Positions 53,661-61,719 of a stretch of DNA of 64,000 nucleotides are shown here, piece after piece. The stretch is taken from contig CAVVPN010000004.1 of assembly GCA_963750165.1 (NCBI GenBank), forward strand, positions 1,120,001 to 1,184,000, written 5' to 3'. A program made the position numbers and the translations under genes. The stretch is from an uncultured Gemmataceae bacterium (lineage in GTDB: Bacteria; Planctomycetota; Planctomycetia; Gemmatales; Gemmataceae). Position 1 is the first letter of the stretch, and each line of letters starts with the position of its first letter. A model generated the notes under the pieces. The model was given only the letters and a program-made list of their open reading frames with translations, did no database searches and had not been told where the DNA came from.

Positions 53661-53981
53661 TCACGCCTGCGGGTCAGCGGTCACTGACGACACCAATTGA
53701 AACTCGCCGTCGGCGTAGGCAACCTTGATGGATCGAAAAACCTTGGGGGACACATCAAAGGTCTTCGTGTACGGATCCGAGTGATTGGGGTCATCGGCGA
53801 AAGCGGAAAAATACACCGCCGAACAATTAGGAACGTTGGGGAGCCCGATTGGGAGGTTCTGCCCGGGACTCACTCGGTTGTCCTTTGCTTGCAGGGTACC
53901 AGGGGGAGCTTCGATCGTGACTAGCACGTCGAAGACAGTTTCGTCGTTCCGGAAATCGACCTCGGTAAAGGGAACGCTCAT
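53661..53981 (-). CDS. Cassette hypothetical protein
   Basis: AAGGAG RBS; 106 aa. Confidence 0.65.
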   Translation of the reverse strand: MSVPFTEVDFRNDETVFDVLVTIEAPPGTLQAKDNRVSPGQNLPIGLPNVPNCSAVYFSAFADDPNHSDPYTKTFDVSPKVFRSIKVAYADGEFQLVSSVTADPQA

Positions 53982-54009
53982 GTGGGACTCCTTGTAAATC
54001 TCGGTATTC

Positions 54010-54109
54010 GCCGAACATGGAGTTCACGTGCTGGAGGCGCGCTTGACCGACTGGCAATTTGCAACGACAGAAGGGCGCGCCTCCAGTCATGTGCAACGCA
54101 GGGTTCGGC
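54010..54109 (-). repeat. attC site (duplicate of 55721)
   Basis: TTCACGTGCTGGAGGCGCGC...GCGCGCCTCCAGTCATGTGCAA. Confidence 0.87.
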
Positions 54110-54555
54110 TTGGCGGCCGCAGCAACGTGAGACTCCATGTTCCAAGTGGCTAGCCGGTTGCCCTTTGACGAACCGGAGGTGGGCTGGCGGCAACCACGAT
54201 CCAGTGCCCACCCGCTAGCGTCGGGGGCGCGCGGCCTGCGCGTAACGCCAGGCCCGAGACTGACAACCATCGGCCGGGGCGCGCCGGTCAGGCCGGGACA
54301 GCTGGGACGAGGCGGGCGACGGCTGGGTGCCGCTGGCGCCTGCTATCCTGGATTCGGACGACAACGCGCGGGGCGACGGCCTGGGGTGCAGCCTCGGTCG
54401 CTGCGGACGCAAGGCACCCCGACGCTCTCGGACTGGACGCCACAGCCGGTGGACCTCGGTCGCCGCCGCTGCACCGCCGCGCGTCTATAGCCTCGCGGCC
54501 GCAATCGTCGTAAACCTATGGTACTACACAACTTATGACGCCAGCCAAGCCGAAC
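54110..54555. other. Apparently ORF-less cassette, copy 1
   Basis: No protein-like ORF; duplicated at 55821-56266. Confidence 0.65.
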
Positions 54556-54645
54556 GACAAAGCTCAGCAGCCGGGGCCGCTGAGGAAATATTGTACCGCG
54601 CGAAACCGTAATGCGGCCCCGGTCTGCTGAAGCGACTGGTTCGGC
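54549..54645 (-). repeat. attC site
   Basis: CAGCAGCCGGGGCCGC...GCGGCCCCGGTCTGCTG. Confidence 0.87.
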
Positions 54646-54703
54646 GGCTACTCGCAGACAACACAAACCGACAGCAACGCCGCGCCATGTTCCTCGTCCA
54701 CCC

Positions 54704-55027
54704 TCACGCCTCAGCGATGAACTCGATGCATACGGAACCGGCGTAGTGGCTGCGTTTCTCGATCAAAACTTCGCCGGTTTGGTCGCTGAACAGTTGCTCG
54801 GACGCTTGATTCGCCATTGTGCCGGTCACTCCCATGTATACCGTTGCATGTTCGATTATCCGCTTACCTTCGGGCGATGTCGGCTTCGGGATCCGTGGGG
54901 TGCCTCGTATTTGAAGGCAATACGTTCCATAGTACGGATAACCGTTCTTGCTACGCTGGACGATCGCGCTGACAAGGTTGTCCGCCGCTCGCTTCAGATT
55001 TTGCATGGAGAACCTACCAACGCCCAA
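54704..55027 (-). CDS. Cassette hypothetical protein
   Basis: Only ORF filling the cassette. Confidence 0.5.
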   Translation of the reverse strand: MGVGRFSMQNLKRAADNLVSAIVQRSKNGYPYYGTYCLQIRGTPRIPKPTSPEGKRIIEHATVYMGVTGTMANQASEQLFSDQTGEVLIEKRSHYAGSVCIEFIAEA

Positions 55028-55037
55028 TCACCAAGCC

Positions 55038-55150
55038 GCCGAACGACTTTGCTCAGTGGCCCCGCCGGAAACATCCGACGCGAATCGAGCAAGCCACTGA
55101 GCGCCGTAATCGATCAAGCTGGCGGGGTCCACTGCAGCATCTGGTTCGGC
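55038..55150 (-). repeat. attC site
   Basis: GCTCAGTGGCCCCGCC...GGCGGGGTCCACTGCAGC. Confidence 0.82.
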
Positions 55151-55286
55151 TCGCCTTGCCGAAGAACCAGCCACCTCACGCGCCAGTGCCAAGCATGACC
55201 GCGACGGCACGTCTCTGACAGTGCGGCAGTGTCAACGCATTGTCACTGAGCCGACTCTTCCGCTGCGAACGCCCGGAACCTTCCAA

Positions 55287-55379
55287 GCCGAACGACAAGC
55301 TCGCCTGCCGGCGGGCGGGAGAGCCGCGGACATTGTAGGGCCGTCAAGCCCGCCGGTCAGGTGTAGCAACTGGTTCGGC
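55287..55379 (-). repeat. attC site
   Basis: GCTCGCCTGCCGGCGGGC...GCCCGCCGGTCAGGTGTAGC. Confidence 0.82.
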
Positions 55380-55423
55380 CGCCTCTGCCGTCGGCTCGCT
55401 CTCGCGGCCATCTCCCAGCCGGG

Positions 55424-55705
55424 TCACGACCGGCGGAACGACTGGAGGAGAATGCGCAGCAGCCGGTCGTGTTGGGCGTCTTTGCCCTTCTTTGTCGTGC
55501 CGATCTTACCCGACACCTTGCGCCCGGTCGGCCGGTGGGTCACCGACATCCAGACGATCCGCTGGTGTGCAATGAACGCCAGGCCGAACCCGGATTGCAC
55601 CTCGAATTCGTGAGCGTTCAGCCCGAACTCGGCGAACACGTCCGGCCCGGCCGGCGGCACCCCGGTCGGTGACCTTGCTCGCCTCCTTGGCTGCCGATCC
55701 CCCAT
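55424..55705 (-). CDS. Small cassette hypothetical protein
   Basis: GGAGG RBS; 93 aa. Confidence 0.55.
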   Translation of the reverse strand: MGDRQPRRRARSPTGVPPAGPDVFAEFGLNAHEFEVQSGFGLAFIAHQRIVWMSVTHRPTGRKVSGKIGTTKKGKDAQHDRLLRILLQSFRRS

Positions 55706-55720
55706 CGGAAGCCTCCCCTA

Positions 55721-55820
55721 GCCGAACATGGAGTTCACGTGCTGGAGGCGCGCTTGACCGACTGGCAATTTGCAACGACAGAAGGGCGCGCCTCCAGTCA
55801 TGTGCAACGCAGGGTTCGGC
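55721..55820 (-). repeat. attC site (duplicate of 54010)
   Basis: Identical to 54010-54109. Confidence 0.87.
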
Positions 55821-56266
55821 TTGGCGGCCGCAGCAACGTGAGACTCCATGTTCCAAGTGGCTAGCCGGTTGCCCTTTGACGAACCGGAGGTGGGCTGGCG
55901 GCAACCACGATCCAGTGCCCACCCGCTAGCGTCGGGGGCGCGCGGCCTGCGCGTAACGCCAGGCCCGAGACTGACAACCATCGGCCGGGGCGCGCCGGTC
56001 AGGCCGGGACAGCTGGGACGAGGCGGGCGACGGCTGGGTGCCGCTGGCGCCTGCTATCCTGGATTCGGACGACAACGCGCGGGGCGACGGCCTGGGGTGC
56101 AGCCTCGGTCGCTGCGGACGCAAGGCACCCCGACGCTCTCGGACTGGACGCCACAGCCGGTGGACCTCGGTCGCCGCCGCTGCACCGCCGCGCGTCTATA
56201 GCCTCGCGGCCGCAATCGTCGTAAACCTATGGTACTACACAACTTATGACGCCAGCCAAGCCGAAC
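55821..56266. other. Apparently ORF-less cassette, copy 2
   Basis: Direct repeat of 54110-54555, offset 1711 bp. Confidence 0.65.
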
Positions 56267-56349
56267 TACCAAGTTCACGTGCGGGCCACTTGACGTAAAC
56301 GATTCGCTGCAACCGTAGTTGGCCCGTCATGTGCAACGACTGGTTCGAG
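56260..56349 (-). repeat. attC site (family A)
   Basis: TTCACGTGCGGGCC...GGCCCGTCATGTGCAA. Confidence 0.9.
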
Positions 56350-56451
56350 AAAGTTCTCTCTCGACTTCGACCCTTCTGTCTGCCGCGCTGGAAGCGCTCC
56401 AGCCGGACAACTCGAAGTCCTCAAACCCAGCCGCAGGTTGCTCGGCCCACT

Positions 56452-57051
56452 TCATTGATTACTTCGCAGAGCCAACTCTGCCGCCGCCATTTCCGCGGCT
56501 TGACGCCAATTCCCGACAGTTGCATCAACAATGGCCTCTGGGTGCCGTCCCGTATACTCAATGAACCACGAAAGCATACCATCCCACTCCGAGATGTTGC
56601 CGGGACTGACGAGTTGCCAGCCAAGTTCCTCAATGGTCCAGTTCGATTTCGCGCTGTTACGTGCCCAAGATGTCGTCACCCAGTTCGTCTGGTCATCGGC
56701 GCCTCCTCGCGTAACCGGGACCACGTGATCCAGCGTAGTGCTCAATTCCCAGTATGCGGGATGCGTCTGATCCGTCTTCCAATTGGGATGGTACGGAAAT
56801 GCCTCCGGGAGTGCGAATGACAGCACTCGAAAGACCGGCGTGTAGACCAGCCGCGCTCCGGAGTAGCGGTCGATAAACCCATCACGTATGAATACCCGGG
56901 TGTAGTCGATCATGCTGAAGCGGCGTGGCGTGGCCTTCACTGGGGCAAACGGGTAATCCCGTCGGATGATGGCTTCGGCAGCGGCTCTACCTTCGTCCAT
57001 CAGAGCCCGGCAAACAGCGGTGAGCGCCGAACTCTTGTCGTGAAGTTTCAT
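56452..57051 (-). CDS. HNH endonuclease
   Basis: VFIRDGF, TLDHVVPVTRGG....TNWVT.....NSAK. Confidence 0.85.
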   Translation of the reverse strand: MKLHDKSSALTAVCRALMDEGRAAAEAIIRRDYPFAPVKATPRRFSMIDYTRVFIRDGFIDRYSGARLVYTPVFRVLSFALPEAFPYHPNWKTDQTHPAYWELSTTLDHVVPVTRGGADDQTNWVTTSWARNSAKSNWTIEELGWQLVSPGNISEWDGMLSWFIEYTGRHPEAIVDATVGNWRQAAEMAAAELALRSNQ

Positions 57052-57067
57052 AGTCGCCCTCCGCGCG

Positions 57068-57166
57068 CTCGAACGCAACAGCTCTGCGGCTTTCGGGGGC
57101 CGAGCTGCCGCTGAAGTTTGACTGACGGAATGGCCCCCGAAAGTCCGCAGCAGCGTTTTGTTCGGT
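57068..57166 (-). repeat. attC site
   Basis: CTCTGCGGCTTTCGGGGGCC...GGCCCCCGAAAGTCCGCAGCAGC. Confidence 0.87.
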
Positions 57167-57193
57167 GTTCTTCTGCTTGGCGACCTACCGGAC

Positions 57194-57763
57194 CTACTTT
57201 GGCGGGCCTTTTCGTTGTGGACCGGAACGAGTTTCAATGATCTCGCGAAGCAGCTCGGCTTGGGCGGCGCGCTCGCGGGTTCTGGTTCCCGGGACTTCGT
57301 CGCTGCTGCGGGCGACCGCCTCAGCCGCGAACCGGGAGGCGATATCTGCATGGGTCCGGTCGGAGAGGCACCGAACCGCAAAGGCTGCCGCCTGGGCTGC
57401 ATTGTATGCGGGGTCGTGGGCGGCCATCATCTCGAAGGGATCAGGCCCTGACCGCATTATTCGTATTTGCCGCGCGAACTCCTGCTCCCCGAGAATGGGA
57501 ACGCAAACGGCTACCACAGCCTGCGCTACCGCAGCATCCGCCTCGCGGATGGCGTGTTCAATCTCCTCGCGCCTGGCTCCCCCCTGGACAGCACCACGCA
57601 ACAGCTCCACGGCACGCATGCTTCTCGGGTCCTGCATCAGCCGCCGGATGCGGTCGCAACAAGCACATGCAAAGAGGCAGAGGTCGGAGGAGCCGGCATT
57701 CTCAGGCAGGGAGCGCAGCATCGGGGTCGGATCAATTGCAACCCTCCACTCCACCTCAGTCAT
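57194..57763 (-). CDS. 'MTE.EW...LFACAC' family protein, short form
   Basis: MTEVEW, DP..ML, LFACACC, ERAAQAELLREI. Confidence 0.75.
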   Translation of the reverse strand: MTEVEWRVAIDPTPMLRSLPENAGSSDLCLFACACCDRIRRLMQDPRSMRAVELLRGAVQGGARREEIEHAIREADAAVAQAVVAVCVPILGEQEFARQIRIMRSGPDPFEMMAAHDPAYNAAQAAAFAVRCLSDRTHADIASRFAAEAVARSSDEVPGTRTRERAAQAELLREIIETRSGPQRKGPPK

Positions 57764-57778
57764 GGATCACCTCGGCAC

Positions 57779-57868
57779 ACCGAACTACCCAGTTCACGTG
57801 CGGGCCACTCGACGTAAACGATTCGCTGCAACCGTAGTCGGCCCGTCACGTGCAACACCTGGTTCGGA
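57779..57868 (-). repeat. attC site (family A)
   Basis: Near-identical to 56260. Confidence 0.9.
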
Positions 57869-57874
57869 CTGAGT

Positions 57875-58627
57875 TTACTCTTTTCCGAGCAACAAATCCA
57901 CTATCCAGCAGCCGCGGACGTGAGGCCCTGAGCCGCGACAGTGGGCAAGCATTTCGGCATTTGCACACCCCGCCTCCTCCAGCGCGTCAGCCAAGATCGG
58001 GAGTAGGCCGAACCCCCGCTCCTCGTAGATTCTCTCGGCCATCGCGACCACCGTGGGCGTACGCCAACCCGGATCGAAGTTCGGCGGGCGGAACGGGTTG
58101 CCGAAGATGTCGTGCAACATTAGTAACTGCTGGCCTATCTCGTCGTCCGAACCGGGAACGCCCGCCGCGACAGCGACCATCTCCGCGGCCCAACCCCCGA
58201 CCAGGTATCTGACTCTGGCCCCCAGTTGTTCGGGCTGGGCGAGCTTCGCTGCCAGTTCCAGACCGGCGTTCGTCAGCGGGTCGGGCGGTGGGCGAGGCAG
58301 GAAGTCGGGAGGTGGGCCATATTGGTCCATCTCCGCTGAAAGCTCGTAGAGTGTCGGCAGGGGGGTGACCGCAAGCGGGCCACCTGCCGCGTCGGCCGCG
58401 GCCTCGGCGAGATCAACCGTGCGGCGGCACAGGTTGCTGGGCAGCAGGTGGGCGACGCGGCGGGCGCACGCGACCTCGAACAGATAGACCTTGCGGTCCG
58501 TGAGCCAGGCGCAGCCATCGAGCACAAGACCTTGCAGACCACTGCCAAGGGCGTACGAATCCTTGCAGGTGAGCCACACCTCCTCGGTGAACCACTCAGC
58601 GTAACGGCGCGGCCTTTTCCTCGCCAT
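57875..58627 (-). CDS. 'HCR..GPHVRGCW' family protein
   Basis: DIFGNPFRP, LPILADALEEAGC, HCRGSGPHVRGCWIVDLLLGKE. Confidence 0.85.
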   Translation of the reverse strand: MARKRPRRYAEWFTEEVWLTCKDSYALGSGLQGLVLDGCAWLTDRKVYLFEVACARRVAHLLPSNLCRRTVDLAEAAADAAGGPLAVTPLPTLYELSAEMDQYGPPPDFLPRPPPDPLTNAGLELAAKLAQPEQLGARVRYLVGGWAAEMVAVAAGVPGSDDEIGQQLLMLHDIFGNPFRPPNFDPGWRTPTVVAMAERIYEERGFGLLPILADALEEAGCANAEMLAHCRGSGPHVRGCWIVDLLLGKE

Positions 58628-58646
58628 CCGATACGCCCTCCGCGTG

Positions 58647-58735
58647 TCCGAACACCCCAGCTCACGTGCGGGCCACTCGACTCAAGTTCTTACTACAGCC
58701 TCAGTTGGCCCGTCATGTGCAGCGGCTGGTTCGAG
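58647..58735 (-). repeat. attC site (family A)
   Basis: CTCACGTGCGGGCC...GGCCCGTCATGTGCAG. Confidence 0.9.
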
Positions 58736-58844
58736 CTGGTCCTCTCTTACTTTCGACCCTTCTTCCCTCACACCGCTGGAGCCTGCAAGGGCACTCCCGC
58801 GCCTCCGCCAAGGTGACTCACCCGCCGCGGGTCGCTCCCCTTAT

Positions 58845-59318
58845 CTACTCGTCGCCTGGATCACCCGGCGACGCCGAACGCTCTTTCTCGCCTCGCGCCG
58901 CGAAAACCAGCGCCCTGGCGCCCCCGGCTAGCAACGCCTTGAAGTAGCTGGCCGTACTCAATTCCGGGCAACCCAGCACCGCCTGGCAGAACTCCTGCGG
59001 CGGGGCGTAGCCGTGCGCGTTCATGTAGTGGGCGACCAGCTCCGGGCAGACGTACACGACCCCGTCGCCGGGGAGGAACAGGTTCCTCCGGCCGCTGCGC
59101 CCGGGCTCGTAATGGCACAACTGGCAGCCGTGGGTGCCGAGGAGCAGGAACGGCTCCCAGGGTGACTGTAGCAACTCCACCAGCCGGCGGTAGATGAGGA
59201 CGTCAACCGGCCCCGTGGCGAAGGCGTGCCCGCGCTCCAGCCAGCCGACCGCACGCAGGAAGCTGGCGAACTCCTGCCCGAAATACGTACATGGGGACAG
59301 GTCGGCGAACCACGCCAT
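58845..59318 (-). CDS. Cassette hypothetical protein
   Basis: DLSPC.Y, AVGWL, G.H.C.LC, P.L..HY...H.Y.PP.EF..AV. Confidence 0.75.
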   Translation of the reverse strand: MAWFADLSPCTYFGQEFASFLRAVGWLERGHAFATGPVDVLIYRRLVELLQSPWEPFLLLGTHGCQLCHYEPGRSGRRNLFLPGDGVVYVCPELVAHYMNAHGYAPPQEFCQAVLGCPELSTASYFKALLAGGARALVFAARGEKERSASPGDPGDE

Positions 59319-59333
59319 AGCCCCTCCGGCGCG

Positions 59334-59430
59334 ATCGAACGGACCAGTTCACCTGCTGCGGCGGCAGGCGAGACGTCGAACCCTGATTTCACGTAGTGCC
59401 GCCGCAGTCAGGTGCAACATTTGGTTCGGC
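59334..59430 (-). repeat. attC site
   Basis: TTCACCTGCTGCGGCGGCA...TGCCGCCGCAGTCAGGTGCAA. Confidence 0.87.
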
Positions 59431-59814
59431 GATATCGCAAGTTCCGACAGGCCGCAATTTTCTGATGTCCGGAAGCAATGTCGCGTCACCCAGGCCATCT
59501 TGCGACCAAACTTCCAACCCGGCAAGCAGACCGCTGCGCTCGAACACAAATACCCCAAATAGCTCACCGCCAGCGGCCCGCCATTCGTAGTCGGCCAAAA
59601 TGCTGATGGCATTTCCGCGAGCGGGAACAACACCTTCGATCGCGAAGTCGATGCTGGCACAACCGCAGTAGCAGCGGGAGGCGATGCGTGCTTGATCAAG
59701 CTGGGGCAGGTAACGCGACGCCTGCGCACTGCCATGCTGCAACAACCATCGTACGAGTGTCACTTCGGCAACAGTCAGCGGCCGGTCCTCCGGAATTGCT
59801 GTCGTAGTCGTCAT
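59389..59814 (-). CDS. Cassette hypothetical protein (reads into attC)
   Basis: RPLT..E, C.CGCASIDF, L..LEVWS. Confidence 0.75.
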   Translation of the reverse strand: MTTTTAIPEDRPLTVAEVTLVRWLLQHGSAQASRYLPQLDQARIASRCYCGCASIDFAIEGVVPARGNAISILADYEWRAAGGELFGVFVFERSGLLAGLEVWSQDGLGDATLLPDIRKLRPVGTCDIAEPNVAPDCGGTT

Positions 59815-59901
59815 GCACCCTCGCCGCCGAACGACTCAGCTCCCACGAAAATGTATTTCTGGGACTGTGTCCACCGAGGGGACCGTCGTGGGTGGTCCTG
59901 C

Positions 59902-61149
59902 TCAGGCCGCCGGTTCCGCCACGGTCACCTCATAGCCCATTCTCTGCAGCCGCCGCACCAGCCTCTCCTTCAGCCGGTCCTTGTCTGCCGTCCGGTAATA
60001 GTCCGGCCCCTCTTCCTGGTACGGCCGGCGCTTGCTCAGTAGTGTGTAGGCCATCCGCAAGATCCGGTGCCCCACCGCCAGGCAGGCCCGCTTGTCCCCG
60101 CGGCGTGCCTTGATCCGATGGTACGTCGCCCGCAGACTGCTCTCCTTGGTGTTCGCCGCTCCCCGCGCCGCCTCCACCAGCGCCTGCCGCAGCCAGCGGT
60201 TGCCCTTGCGCGTCTTGCCGCTCTTCTGCTTGCCAGCGCTCTCGTGGTTGCCTGGACACATCCCCGCCCACGACGCCAACTGCCCCTCCGATTGAAAGCG
60301 GCTCATGTCCAGGCCGACCTCCGCCACGATCACCTGCGCCGTCCGCTGGTTCACCCCGGGAATCTGGTCCAACAGCGCTAGCGCCTGCGCGAACGGGAGG
60401 CACACCTCGGCGATCTTCGCATCCAAGCGGACGATGGCGTCGTCCAGGTCGCTCACCTTCTGTAATTGCTCCCGCAGCAACCAGCGCTGCGTCGCGCTCA
60501 TCACCCCGCGCAGCGCTTCCTCCAATTCCGGGATCTTCGCACGCAGCTGGCCCCGCGCCAGGTTGGCCAGTACGGCGGGGCTGTCCACGCCCTCGGCCAG
60601 GCTGCGTAACATGTCTCGGCCACTGGCTCCCAGTACGTCGCTGGCCACGCCGGCCAACTTGATGTTGCAGTTCTCCAGCAACTTCTGGATACGGTTGCTC
60701 TCGTCGGCGCGCTGGCGGATCACTTGCGTGCGGTAGCGCGTCAAGTCCCGCAGTTCCCGGATTTCCTTGGGGGGCACGAAACTACTGCGCAACAGGCCCA
60801 CACGCAACAGGGTGGCGAGCCACTCGGCATCCTTGACATCGGTCTTGCGTCCGGGCACGTTCTTGACGTGCTGGGCGTTGACCAGGACGACCTCAATGCC
60901 GGCCTGCTCCAGGATGTTGAACACCGGCTTCCAATACACGCCGGTGCTCTCGATGGCCACGTGCCGACAGTCCGCCTGCACCAACCACTGCGCCAACTCC
61001 TGCAAGGCGCTGGTCATGGTCCGAAAGACCCGGCGCTCGACGAGCGCATCGCCCGAGGCACCCGACTTCAAGAGGCAGGCGGTCAGGGTCTTCTTGTGGA
61101 CATCAATGCCGCAGCAAATGGTCAGCACGACAGGGAGCAGCGCGTCCAT
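59902..61149 (-). CDS. IS110-family DEDD recombinase/transposase
   Basis: GIDVHK, IESTGVYW, GRKTDVKDA, IPGV, HESAG (catalytic Ser) and GNRWLR motifs; frame intact. Confidence 0.95.
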   Translation of the reverse strand: MDALLPVVLTICCGIDVHKKTLTACLLKSGASGDALVERRVFRTMTSALQELAQWLVQADCRHVAIESTGVYWKPVFNILEQAGIEVVLVNAQHVKNVPGRKTDVKDAEWLATLLRVGLLRSSFVPPKEIRELRDLTRYRTQVIRQRADESNRIQKLLENCNIKLAGVASDVLGASGRDMLRSLAEGVDSPAVLANLARGQLRAKIPELEEALRGVMSATQRWLLREQLQKVSDLDDAIVRLDAKIAEVCLPFAQALALLDQIPGVNQRTAQVIVAEVGLDMSRFQSEGQLASWAGMCPGNHESAGKQKSGKTRKGNRWLRQALVEAARGAANTKESSLRATYHRIKARRGDKRACLAVGHRILRMAYTLLSKRRPYQEEGPDYYRTADKDRLKERLVRRLQRMGYEVTVAEPAA

Positions 61150-61151
61150 CG

Positions 61152-61330
61152 GAGTTCTCCAGACGCCCAGGGAGCATGCAGACGCCGGCGGTGGTGGAGT
61201 CTCCCACACGGGCATATGGGCGCTGCGCCCAAATCAGGGTGCCTCGCGGCGTCCGGGTCCAACTCTGCGTCGGGCACGATGCACCAGCTAAGTCACGACC
61301 ACAGCACGTCCCCAGACGCCCTCTATCCTA
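61152..61330 (-). ncRNA. Putative bridge RNA of the IS110 element (ends approximate)
   Basis: Four segments match target-left (8/9), target-right (12/13), donor-right (7/7) and donor-left (10/10), each including the CT core. Confidence 0.75.
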
Positions 61331-61719
61331 GCTCGCCTCCTTTTCATCGATCAGGGGGAAATTGGTTTCATGGAGAACTCTGCGGCGGGCCACTCGGCTC
61401 AATGCTATCCGATTGACCTCATATGGCCCGTCCGCAGCAGCACCTGGTTCGGTTTGTTTTTTCTCTTGGCCTCAATCTCTCTTTGCTGGACGCCGTCTGC
61501 GTTTCAGACTCCAACTCCGCTTCGGCCAGCGCTGACTCCAGTCTGACCTGCTGCTCCCCCAGAACCCAACCACTCACCGCCGCCCAACCTCTGAATCGCC
61601 AACTTGCTCACAACCCGGCACCCCTCCGGGCACGAACCCCAACGCTCCCCGAATGCGCCAAGCCAGCGCTGCCGCACGGGAGCACCCCTCACCCTGCCGA
61701 AGCGCCACCGCGGCCGGGG

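Larger units (their letters stand above)
59842..61379 (-). mobile_element. IS110/IS1111-family element targeting attC
   Basis: CT(C) core at both junctions; short subterminal IR CCACGAAA/CCATGAAA; no classical target duplication. Confidence 0.92.
59826..61453 (-). repeat. Family-A attC split by an IS110 element (59826-59841 + 61380-61453)
   Basis: Rejoined: GCCGAACGACTCAGCT-CTGCGGCGGGCC...GGCCCGTCCGCAGCAGC..GTTCGGT. Confidence 0.92.

Noticed and set aside
59842..61379. Strong sigma70 promoter formed at the IS110 circle junction
   Set aside because: The joined ends gave no convincing -35/-10 pair by eye
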